Shown: piece after piece, positions 17,345-25,440 of the stretch | How the letters are laid out: each line of letters starts with the position of its first letter | Numbering within the stretch: position 1 is the stretch's first letter | Origin: Edaphobacter aggregans | Lineage (GTDB): Bacteria; Acidobacteriota; Terriglobia; Terriglobales; Acidobacteriaceae | Reading direction: 5' to 3' | Assembly (NCBI RefSeq): GCF_003945235.1 | Contig: NZ_RSDW01000001.1 | Location: forward strand, 1,800,001-1,832,000 | Length of the DNA stretch: 32,000 nt | The notes under the pieces: model-generated | The model's database searches: none | What the model was told of the DNA's origin: nothing | The model's input: the letters and a program-made list of their open reading frames with translations, nothing else | Translations under genes and position numbers: made by a program

Positions 17345-20300
17345 ATGGCGCAGAAATCCTTCACCGTCTTTGTGTCCTCATCGCGCGACATGGCCGAGTG
17401 GGCTGCCCTGGCAGTTTCCAAGGTACGTGAATTTGCCGTAGACCACGGTCTTACTGATCTACAACCTTTTGATTACCGCGATATCGATCCAGCAGACGTA
17501 AATCATTCGACAACTTGGCAGGACAACGTGGGAGCCCCCTCGCGGATCGGATCCGCGCTGACACTAGTGCTCTTGGGGGAACGCCTTGGCACGCCGTTGC
17601 CTAACACCTTTATGCTTAAGCGTGACATTTATGAAAGGCTCCAGAGGGGTGGCTATGATTGGGTGCACGTAGCTGGCATGGAACCGCTTCCACTCCGGCC
17701 CGACCAAGTACCTCTCACCGGTGTGTTATTTGAGTTCTTCGACGCTTTTCTACCACGAGCAGACGGCTCCAACCCTGGACCACTGCGAGTGATTTTCAAG
17801 GGCACAATGGAAACCACAGGAGAACCTGATTTCGGCAACGGTGACTTCCGCGCACATATTGAGGCCTCATCCGAAAACGCCCAACGAAAACGGCAGCTGC
17901 GGAAGGAATACGACCAGCAACTGGACTGGTTGAATTTGTTCTGGAGCAGGCTTTATGGCCTTCAACAGCACGCCAGCGTATTCTGTCCGAACAAAAACTC
18001 GCTTCGGGAATATCTGCAGCGCACTCTTGCCGCAGAGTTCCTGGCCAAAGGAGGTCATGATCCAGCACCCTCGGTGAGGCGAACCGATGCCGTGAGTGTG
18101 GAGTTGCCAGGTCCGGCCCCATACGATATTGAACGAGCGTACCTTTTCTTTGGGCGTGGGCCACAACTCGCGGAACTCTCCCGCCGAGTTCTGCAGCAGG
18201 ATGCAGCCCGAAGGCTAGTTCCCGTCATCGGCGAAAGCGGCGCTGGAAAATCTTCTTTATTGCGTGCGGGATTATTAAATGACGCCCGTTCCCAATCGCG
18301 ACGTCGTCTCGGTTGGCGCGCTGCGTTCCTGTCTCTATCGGAACGCCCTGTCGATCAGCGACCCTTGACTTTTCTAGCCGCCGTTTTGACCGAGCCTTGC
18401 GTCTTGCCTGAACTAGGTCCTATGGATGCCATTCGCCAGAGACTAGACGGGGTGGATCCTCAGGAGGCTACGCGGCGCTTACTCGAAATCCTTGCTGCAA
18501 TAAATCCGACGCATCCGCCAGGGCTCGGTGCCCCAAGAATACTGCTCGTCGTAGATCAAGTTGAACTGGCGCTCGACGGAGCTCGGCTAGAGACATCTGA
18601 AGAAGCCTCAGAATGGAGGTTTTTTCTCCAAGCCCTCGCCGCACTAGGTGGCTCTCTTTCGGAACCAGAGATGCGCAAGGCGTTCCAGGAGCCAGCCGAA
18701 CGGATCTCGATGCGACTCCCTTTCACCGTTGTGCTCGGACTACCCGCAGACCGCTTCGATTTACTCAATGCCGCCATGTTGCCCGGTGAACACGTATTTT
18801 GGTTGCCGCGACTGATAGACGAAACGGCAGTGCGCGAAGTAGTCACTGGTACATTCGAGGCATTGGGTTTGAGCATCGACGCGAAGGCTCGCGAAACGCT
18901 TTGCAGCGAGGCCGTCAGATTGGCGGTAGACACTGAGGCGTCCATCCTCCCGCTATTGGCGGTGACCCTTGCAAACCTGCATGATGAATGGAAGCATCGC
19001 TGTTACCTCGAGGCTAAGTGGAAAGAGAGCGCGGAGCCAGGAGACACCCTCCCAAAAGCGTTGCGGTGGATAGGTCTCTTGCCCCCCGAAGACACACGTG
19101 TAGACATCGCATTGCAACACGTCAACGCTCAAGGTGAGATTGGCGAGTCGATCGCGCGCTTGGGAGAACTCGCATGGACCGAAGCCGAGACACGAGAAGA
19201 GGGCTTTAAGATAGCTGTTCAACGCCTTCCTATCAGCCTCCTGCAATCACGAGTGCAGTCGGGTGAGATCACAGGCCGAGATTTCGCATTAACGTGGCTG
19301 CTGCGGCGATTAGTGGTTGTGTCTGGTGAGGAAACGATTCCAGATCGCCTTGTCGGTCTGCGAGACAGCGCATTGGAGGAATTCGCCCGCCCGATGGCGG
19401 AATCGCTTCAGCGTCATCGGCTGTTGGCCCGGCGGGATGATGGGACCTGGTGGCTCGTGCATCAAGCGGTGCTGGACAGGTGGCCACGAGCGGCCGCATG
19501 GCGAAAAAACGAGATGCAGACTTACCGCACGATGGCAGCCATGGAGTTAGACAGGCGGCGCTGGGTCGAAGAGACCGCCGCCGGTGAACCGGACGCAGAT
19601 CGATGGCTATGGACGCGAGAGCGGCAGGTCGAACTCGCGTTCGATTGGATAATGGCGCGCGGCCTAACAGATAACCTGGCGCTCGCCTCCTTCGTGAAGG
19701 AAGGGACAATTGCAGCTGTTCGATCGGATGGCTTGCGTGCGGGTCGAATATTACGCGCCGCGACGTACTTCAATGATCTCGCTTGGGCTACTGAGATCTT
19801 GGCGGTAGCGGGTGCCCACGGAACTAGAGCCACCAACGAGACTTGGAAAAATGGCACCGGCTCACTATTGAGAAATGCCTGCTATCACAGAAATTTCAAT
19901 CTTGTCGATTTATTGCTGGAGAACGGCGCGGATCCTAATTTGACGGTTGCAAACGGGTGGACCCCGCTGATGTACGCAGCGCAAAATGGCAACGAGCCTA
20001 TTGTTTCTCGCCTGCTTGCTGCGAGGGCAGACGCCAATCACACCACTGAGGATGGGTGGACCGCACTGATCCTCGCAGCGGAGAATGGCAAGGAGGCTAT
20101 TGTTGCTCGCCTCCTTGCCGCAGGAGCCGAGATCAACCACTCCGCTAACAATGGGTGCACGGCACTGATGCTTGCAGCGAAGAATGGCCACGCGGCTATT
20201 GTTTCTCGCCTATTTACCGCAGGAGCCGAGATCGACCACTCCGCTAACGATGGGGAGACCGCGCTGATCATGGCAGCGGAGAATGACCACGAAGCCATTG

Positions 20301-21265
20301 TTTCTCGCCTCCTTGCCGCAGGGGCTGAGATTAACCACCCCACTCACGATGGGTGCACCGCCCTGATGATCGCGGCGCAAAATGGCCATGAGTCTATTGT
20401 TGCTCGCCTCCTTGCCGCAGGGGCCGAGATCAACCGCGCCACTCTCGTTGAGAATGCTCAGCCACCAGTGGAAGGGCTGAAGAGAATCGACATTGGCACG
20501 GCCATCGTTCCTTCAGGCGACCATCCCAAGAACACTGACCGGCGGACCGCGCTTATGCTCGCTGCGCAGAATGGACACAATTCCGTTGTTGCCCGATTAA
20601 TCGCCGCCGGCGCTGAAATCGACAGAGCTTCGACCAAAGCAAGGTGGACTGCTCTTACCTTGGCGGCGGAGGGCGGACACACCACAGTAGTTGACTGCCT
20701 GCTTAAGGCCGGCGCTGAGACAGACCACACTGCATACGGCCGGCGAACAGCCCTTATTCTTGCTGCGGAGAATGGCCATGAGGCTGTGGTCGATCGCCTG
20801 GTTAGTGCCGGAGCTAGGATCGATTTGGCAAAAAATGATGGAGAGACGCCTTTGATTGTCGCCGCTGCAGTCGGTCATGCCACTATAGTCGATCGTTTGC
20901 TTGCAGCGGGAGCCGCAGTTGATCTTGCAGATGAAAACGGGAACACCCCGCTAAGTCATGTCGCTGGATTCGGTAGTCTTCCCATCGCCACGCAACTGCT
21001 TTCGAAGGGGGCAAACGTGAATCCTGCAAATCATGACGGTAGCACGCCGCTGATGGAAGCTGTACGGGACCGAAACGAAGGGATGGTTCTATTGCTCTTG
21101 AGACATGGGGCCAATTCGGCATTGCGTGACAGCGATGGCCTATCCGCGCTAGATATTGCCCTTAAGATAAGGGCGAGAGCGATCACGAGGATACTCTCGA
21201 ACGCAGCCAAAGAGTTCGTCCCTGAAGGAGAATCTCAACTCAATTTTGAAAAGAGATCGGAATGA
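17345..21265 (+). CDS. NLR-like STAND protein: DUF4062/TIR-like N-domain + P-loop STAND NTPase + helical/winged-helix region + 13 ankyrin repeats
   Basis: N-terminus FTVFVSSSRDMAEW...LTLVLLGERLGTPLP...LTGVLFEF. PYDIERAYLFFGRGPQLAEL...VPVIGESGAGKSSLLRAGLL (Walker A at nt 18230-18256). ILLVVDQVELAL (Walker B). ...WWLVHQAVLDRWPRAAAW. Ankyrin repeats (GWTPLMYAAQNGNEPIVSRLLAARADANH and similar) span about nt 19850-21200. Confidence 0.85.
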   Translation: MAQKSFTVFVSSSRDMAEWAALAVSKVREFAVDHGLTDLQPFDYRDIDPADVNHSTTWQDNVGAPSRIGSALTLVLLGERLGTPLPNTFMLKRDIYERLQRGGYDWVHVAGMEPLPLRPDQVPLTGVLFEFFDAFLPRADGSNPGPLRVIFKGTMETTGEPDFGNGDFRAHIEASSENAQRKRQLRKEYDQQLDWLNLFWSRLYGLQQHASVFCPNKNSLREYLQRTLAAEFLAKGGHDPAPSVRRTDAVSVELPGPAPYDIERAYLFFGRGPQLAELSRRVLQQDAARRLVPVIGESGAGKSSLLRAGLLNDARSQSRRRLGWRAAFLSLSERPVDQRPLTFLAAVLTEPCVLPELGPMDAIRQRLDGVDPQEATRRLLEILAAINPTHPPGLGAPRILLVVDQVELALDGARLETSEEASEWRFFLQALAALGGSLSEPEMRKAFQEPAERISMRLPFTVVLGLPADRFDLLNAAMLPGEHVFWLPRLIDETAVREVVTGTFEALGLSIDAKARETLCSEAVRLAVDTEASILPLLAVTLANLHDEWKHRCYLEAKWKESAEPGDTLPKALRWIGLLPPEDTRVDIALQHVNAQGEIGESIARLGELAWTEAETREEGFKIAVQRLPISLLQSRVQSGEITGRDFALTWLLRRLVVVSGEETIPDRLVGLRDSALEEFARPMAESLQRHRLLARRDDGTWWLVHQAVLDRWPRAAAWRKNEMQTYRTMAAMELDRRRWVEETAAGEPDADRWLWTRERQVELAFDWIMARGLTDNLALASFVKEGTIAAVRSDGLRAGRILRAATYFNDLAWATEILAVAGAHGTRATNETWKNGTGSLLRNACYHRNFNLVDLLLENGADPNLTVANGWTPLMYAAQNGNEPIVSRLLAARADANHTTEDGWTALILAAENGKEAIVARLLAAGAEINHSANNGCTALMLAAKNGHAAIVSRLFTAGAEIDHSANDGETALIMAAENDHEAIVSRLLAAGAEINHPTHDGCTALMIAAQNGHESIVARLLAAGAEINRATLVENAQPPVEGLKRIDIGTAIVPSGDHPKNTDRRTALMLAAQNGHNSVVARLIAAGAEIDRASTKARWTALTLAAEGGHTTVVDCLLKAGAETDHTAYGRRTALILAAENGHEAVVDRLVSAGARIDLAKNDGETPLIVAAAVGHATIVDRLLAAGAAVDLADENGNTPLSHVAGFGSLPIATQLLSKGANVNPANHDGSTPLMEAVRDRNEGMVLLLLRHGANSALRDSDGLSALDIALKIRARAITRILSNAAKEFVPEGESQLNFEKRSE
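19950..20445 (+). repeat. five tandem 99-bp (33-codon) ankyrin-repeat units with high nucleotide identity
   Basis: The unit second halves are near-identical at the DNA level (attgtt[g/t]ctcgcctccttgccgcagg[a/g]gc[c/t]gagat[c/t]aaccac). The first halves differ at specific codons. Confidence 0.75.
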
Positions 21266-21975
21266 ACATAGGCCTGGTCGTGAATGCGCGCGGGAAGTTG
21301 TGTTTAGTCCATGATGAGAAATTTGAGGCCCCGCCCATTTTCGTCGGATATCATCTCGACAAAAGGCAGCTCGAGATCTTTTTCGAGACTGGCGCGAGCT
21401 ACCCTATCGATTGGGAAGCGACTGATGAGATGGACGCCTACTTACAGAAGAGTAACAAGATCTTGATCATCCTCATGCGTCGCAAAAAACCCGTGGAGGG
21501 TTATGACACCTCTTTATTACATCTCATTAAAGGCGAGGCGATAGAGATGTCAGAAGACTCAGGCGAATCTCTGCCGAGCCCGGACTCCGAAACAGACACT
21601 ATCGAGAAGCAGGAAGAATCTCATAAAGTTACAACTATAGATACTCCTGTAATTTCCTCGATCACATCCATCACTGACGCGACTTTTGAAAACGATGTCA
21701 TAAAAGCACTACACCCCGTCCTTGTGTATTTTTGGACCGAATGGTGCGGCTCCTGTCGCTCATTAGGCTCGGCACTCAATGAATTGTTCGCCGAACTGCA
21801 GGACCGGATTTCGATCTATTCGATCAACGCAGACGAATATCCTGGCTTGGCCTCCAAATATGGTATTCGCGACATTCCGACTCTCCTTCTTTTCAGGGGT
21901 GGCGAGGTCGCGGCAACAAGGATCGGCGCGCTGGGCAAACTGCCCCTGCGATCCTGGTTAGAAAAATTATTCTAA
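21262..21975 (+). CDS. orphan N-terminal domain fused through an acidic Ser/Thr-rich linker to a thioredoxin domain (WCGSC)
   Basis: The ATG overlaps the STAND gene stop (ATGA at 21262-21265). C-terminal sequence ITDATFENDVIKALHPVLVYFWTEWCGSCRSLGSALNELFAEL...YGIRDIPTLLLFRGGEVAATRIG is a complete Trx fold with CxxC and the cis-Pro IPT. I do not recognise the first ~100 aa. Confidence 0.8.
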   Translation: MNIGLVVNARGKLCLVHDEKFEAPPIFVGYHLDKRQLEIFFETGASYPIDWEATDEMDAYLQKSNKILIILMRRKKPVEGYDTSLLHLIKGEAIEMSEDSGESLPSPDSETDTIEKQEESHKVTTIDTPVISSITSITDATFENDVIKALHPVLVYFWTEWCGSCRSLGSALNELFAELQDRISIYSINADEYPGLASKYGIRDIPTLLLFRGGEVAATRIGALGKLPLRSWLEKLF

Positions 21976-22098
21976 GCCCCTCTATAACTAGAAGCACGTT
22001 CGCATTTTGACCATTGCCAGCCTTTAGGACGCCATTGAATGATCCATCAAAGGTGTCCGAGTTTACCATCGTCGCCACAGACCTAAAACGAGATGAGG

Positions 22099-22668
22099 TC
22101 AGGCCTCCGCAGGTAAAAAAGAACGTCGTTTTTGCAACACAACAAATATGGTCAATGAAACAGCCAAACAGATGAACGTAAAGATCCACAACGAAAGAAG
22201 CACGTTCTTTACGATGGCGATCGACTGTTCAGTCCAGACTTTCTGCGGATCATATTCACTATCTCTTAAGGCGTCCTCAACTCGATAGTTAGAGTTAAGG
22301 ACTGCAGCTACGTCTGGACGCACTCTGAAGCCTTCAATGATCCTGCCCTGACCGGAGCCGGGTGAAACTACAAACGACTGGTTAAGGAAGAGAAAGCAAA
22401 CAAGGCCCAAAGCAAAACTCAGAATTGCAATTTTCATTCGCCGTTCAAGCAAGGGCTCAGATGTCCTGTACCAAAACTGGAAAACCCAGATCGCCGCGAG
22501 CAGTTCAAGCGTTGACGTGCTTACAGATGTGACACTGACTGGTGGAGGCGCCACATTAAGCCAGATCGTGGCCATTGGGACGATAAAAACACCTTTCAGC
22601 ATCACGGAGCTTAGTTGTCGAAAGTCCGCGAGCACTTCGCCGAATTCACGCAATTGGCTAACGGCCAT
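22099..22668 (-). CDS. hypothetical 4-TM membrane protein
   Basis: 189-aa ORF 5 nt downstream of the preceding ORF. Hydrophobic segments GVFIVPMATIWLNV, LELLAAIWVFQFW, IAILSFALGLVCFLFL and LLSLWIFTFICLAVSLTIFVVL. AT-rich codon usage. No recognised family. Confidence 0.55.
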   Translation of the reverse strand: MAVSQLREFGEVLADFRQLSSVMLKGVFIVPMATIWLNVAPPPVSVTSVSTSTLELLAAIWVFQFWYRTSEPLLERRMKIAILSFALGLVCFLFLNQSFVVSPGSGQGRIIEGFRVRPDVAAVLNSNYRVEDALRDSEYDPQKVWTEQSIAIVKNVLLSLWIFTFICLAVSLTIFVVLQKRRSFLPAEA

Positions 22669-22673
22669 GGTCT

Positions 22674-23498
22674 TTAGTGTTTAGCATTGGGGCGAAAAGT
22701 TATTGCTCCTGGCTCTCGGATCTCAAAGTTACCTTCTTCGGGGCCGTTGAGTTCCGTGGGCCATTCAGCGAGATAATGATATCGACCGATCAGTTTGACA
22801 TCACCTTCAACCATGTCATTCCATTGATCAGTAAGTGGGGTATGCGAATTTATGCACTTTTTGTATTCCAATAAAGTCATAAATTTAACGCGTGCTCTTG
22901 GTGGCTCTATTGACACACGAACCTTATACCCAACTGCTGGACCGCGTTCGACAGGACGTTGGATAAGAGTAGACTTTCGGTCTTTGGCAAATGTCTGTAT
23001 CGCTAGGTCTAAATGATTGATCTGTTCCGCAATATCTGCCGAACAATCAGCTTCCTTCTTTTGTAGCGCCGAGTTGCCCTTTAGGTGAACCAACAAGTCT
23101 ACGCATTTCTTTATACTTCCTTGGACGTTTGCCAACGGTATGATCCAAAAATTCTCAGTCGGAACCGATTTTTGCAGGTCTCTTTTAAGAGCTTCCGTCC
23201 GTATCATTGCTTCCATTGGGATTGACAGAGGATCCGAATCGGAGAAAACCAGTCCAAGCGGCACAGGCGTCATGTCATAAAGAACGCTGTTGGCTTTTGA
23301 ATCAATGGCGAACCGGGTTTTACCTAAAAAACGGTCGTCAGATACTATTTCCTCATCAGCTAGCTTTCTGAGAAGCGACATCGTCTCTTCAGTATTTGCA
23401 CCAGGACTCGATTGTCCGTTCGCCCGGCACATCAGGCAGAATATTGTCGCAAGCGAGAAAGCCCAGGATATCCTCCGACTGCGGCTGAAATTGACCAT
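22674..23498 (-). CDS. hypothetical secreted protein
   Basis: 274-aa ORF with signal peptide MVNFSRSRRISWAFSLATIFCLMCRANGQ. The C-terminal beta-rich part (YKVRVSIEPPRARVKF...GRYHYLAEWP) is vaguely PEGA-like. No confident family. Confidence 0.5.
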   Translation of the reverse strand: MVNFSRSRRISWAFSLATIFCLMCRANGQSSPGANTEETMSLLRKLADEEIVSDDRFLGKTRFAIDSKANSVLYDMTPVPLGLVFSDSDPLSIPMEAMIRTEALKRDLQKSVPTENFWIIPLANVQGSIKKCVDLLVHLKGNSALQKKEADCSADIAEQINHLDLAIQTFAKDRKSTLIQRPVERGPAVGYKVRVSIEPPRARVKFMTLLEYKKCINSHTPLTDQWNDMVEGDVKLIGRYHYLAEWPTELNGPEEGNFEIREPGAITFRPNAKH

Positions 23499-23700
23499 CA
23501 GTACAAACAGGCCTCCTCGCGAGTATGACGAACGGAGTGGGAGCTTCCGGTTTAGTATAGAACGAATCGCAGGCTAGAAGTGCTGGGCCCCAATTCCACT
23601 TATTTCGGATGCTAGACCTCATATACCCGAAGATACCTTGGGTGCGTCAGTTGTCTTCCGAAGCACCATGCTGTGCATTCGGGACAAAGGGAGCGAAGGG

Positions 23701-24957
23701 ATGCATTTCGGTCTCCAGCGGCGAGCAATGTCCAGTGGTCTTCTTACAGCCACGCTACTGTTCGGCGCAGGATACTTGAGCGCTCAGTCTAAAGACCAGA
23801 CCCGAAGTGTCGAGATCGAAACAAAACCGTCTTCGACTCACAAGCCGGGTCAATACTTTGCTCTGATCGTCGGCATCAACGATTACCAGCACTTGCCACA
23901 CCTTTCGACGCCTGACAATGACGCGCAAGAACTCACGTCGATATTACGCGATCAATACGGATTCAAGACCGAACTACTACTGGAGGCCACGCGAGATCAA
24001 ATAATCGGGGCATTCGATCGGTATAGGCGCACCTTAAACGATACGGATAGCTTGTTGATCTACTATGCTGGGCACGGATACTTCGACGACGAGATGCACG
24101 AGGCCTACTGGGCTCCAGTTGACGCTGGAAAGGATACATTCGCCCGCTGGATCATTGCAGAGGACGTTACCGGAGCAGCGCAGGCGTTTCCCGCACGTCA
24201 TGTGTTGGTGATTTCCGATAGCTGTTACTCAGGAATGCTAACGCAGGACACGGAGCGATCCACAATATCGGATCGCGCGAACACCCTCGAGAAGATGCTT
24301 CAAACGAAATCCCGATATGTGATGTCAAGCGGCGGTAATGAGCCTGTTGCAGATAGCGATGCGCCAGGACACTTTTCAAAACATTCCGTATTCGCCAATG
24401 TTCTTTTACAGGATCTGAGCCAGTTCCAGGCAAGCGAATTCACGGCGGAGCAACTCTTCGGGCAGATCAGACAACAGGTTCGAGAGCGCGCTACTCAGAG
24501 GCCCATCTTCAGACCAATCCAAGGATCTGAGGAGGGAGGTGACTTCGTTTTTATACGTGTGCGAAGAGGAGAAGACGTCCATTCACGCGAAAAAGAACCT
24601 CTGCCACCTCCGATAAATCCAGACACAGAAGCAGTGCGCGCTGCATTAGATAACTACGAAGAGGCCTACGCCAGCATGAACGTGCGGGAATTGAAGAAAG
24701 TGTGGCCTTCGCTCTCTAAAGATCAAGAGAAGGCGATCAAGAGTGGCTTTGAGACACCAGGTCTGAAGGCAGTAAAAGTAGAACTGCGGAATCGTATAGT
24801 GCATATTGATGGAGGCACGGCCACCGCAACATGTGATCAATGGATGATCTATTCCCTTGGAGGACGGCGGCGGCCGCCCCAAACAAACTCCGTCGAGATT
24901 CTACTGAGCAAAAATAGCGTCGGAGACTGGGCCGTGAGTAGAGTTGAGGGAAAATAG
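23701..24957 (+). CDS. secreted caspase-like (peptidase C14) protein with NTF2/SnoaL-like C-terminal domain
   Basis: ATG at 23701 preceded by aaGGGAGcgaaggg. Signal peptide MHFGLQRRAMSSGLLTATLLFGAGYLSAQS. Caspase p20 hallmarks are YFALIVGINDY, the His in LLIYYAGHGY, and the Cys in HVLVISDSCYSG. C-terminus AVRAALDNYEEAYASMNVRELKKVWPS. Confidence 0.8.
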   Translation: MHFGLQRRAMSSGLLTATLLFGAGYLSAQSKDQTRSVEIETKPSSTHKPGQYFALIVGINDYQHLPHLSTPDNDAQELTSILRDQYGFKTELLLEATRDQIIGAFDRYRRTLNDTDSLLIYYAGHGYFDDEMHEAYWAPVDAGKDTFARWIIAEDVTGAAQAFPARHVLVISDSCYSGMLTQDTERSTISDRANTLEKMLQTKSRYVMSSGGNEPVADSDAPGHFSKHSVFANVLLQDLSQFQASEFTAEQLFGQIRQQVRERATQRPIFRPIQGSEEGGDFVFIRVRRGEDVHSREKEPLPPPINPDTEAVRAALDNYEEAYASMNVRELKKVWPSLSKDQEKAIKSGFETPGLKAVKVELRNRIVHIDGGTATATCDQWMIYSLGGRRRPPQTNSVEILLSKNSVGDWAVSRVEGK

Positions 24958-24986
24958 ATATTCTGCCAGATGTTCTAGACCGGAAA

Positions 24987-25004
24987 AGTGCGATGAATCG
25001 CACT
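24987..25004 (+). terminator. weak hairpin after the caspase-like gene
   Basis: AGTGCGA tgaa TCGCACT (7-bp stem) followed by gttatt, 30 nt after the stop. Confidence 0.3.
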
Positions 25005-25095
25005 GTTATTGAGCTGAATATTCATCGTTGACTCCAAGACGGTCGAAGGATACGCTTAGTGATCTCCCACGGCCCCTGTGTCTGAAGGCAGGTAA

Positions 25096-25351
25096 TATGC
25101 CCGGATTTGCCAGGGATTTCCGGAACTCTAATCAGCTAGTCCTTGTCGAGCGGCAACTATCGCCACGCTGGATAAAAGCCCGAACTGCGTGCTGGCTGTT
25201 GGCGCTATTCACGATTGTGGTAATGCTACCGTTGACTACCCCATGCGGTGGAGGATTTACTACTTCCAAGATTACGCAAATATCTACTCCAGCTGGAAAT
25301 TACCAGATACCTGTGGTTGACTGCTTGGTGGTTTTGTACAAACCACTTTGA
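25096..25351 (+). CDS. short lipoprotein-like ORF or gene fragment paralogous to the C-terminal module of the 27014-29653 protein
   Basis: ...RWIKARTACWLLALFTIVVMLPLTTPCGGGFTTSKITQISTPAGNYQIPVVDCL aligns with ...SRFLAILSVLLLLGPIVSCGGGFTAPKSVQTGTSAGSYQISVVDVL at 29440-29580. Confidence 0.3.
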
Positions 25352-25440
25352 TCATTCTCCTTGTCGTTGGCCCGACACAGTAGGCGGTGATGGTCGCAGG
25401 GCCCTTGCACTTGATGGCTACATCAGCTGAAGGAGAACTA

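Noticed and set aside
19950-20445. Regular 99-bp periodicity that could superficially suggest a CRISPR-like array
   Set aside because: The repeats are contiguous with no spacers, in frame, and encode ankyrin repeats within a long ORF.
17653-20878. Many 60-146-aa ORFs on the - strand inside the STAND/ankyrin gene, some with internal repeats (for example 20038-20343)
   Set aside because: They are antisense images of the ankyrin repeats and GC-rich coding sequence. The periodicity comes from the sense-strand repeats.
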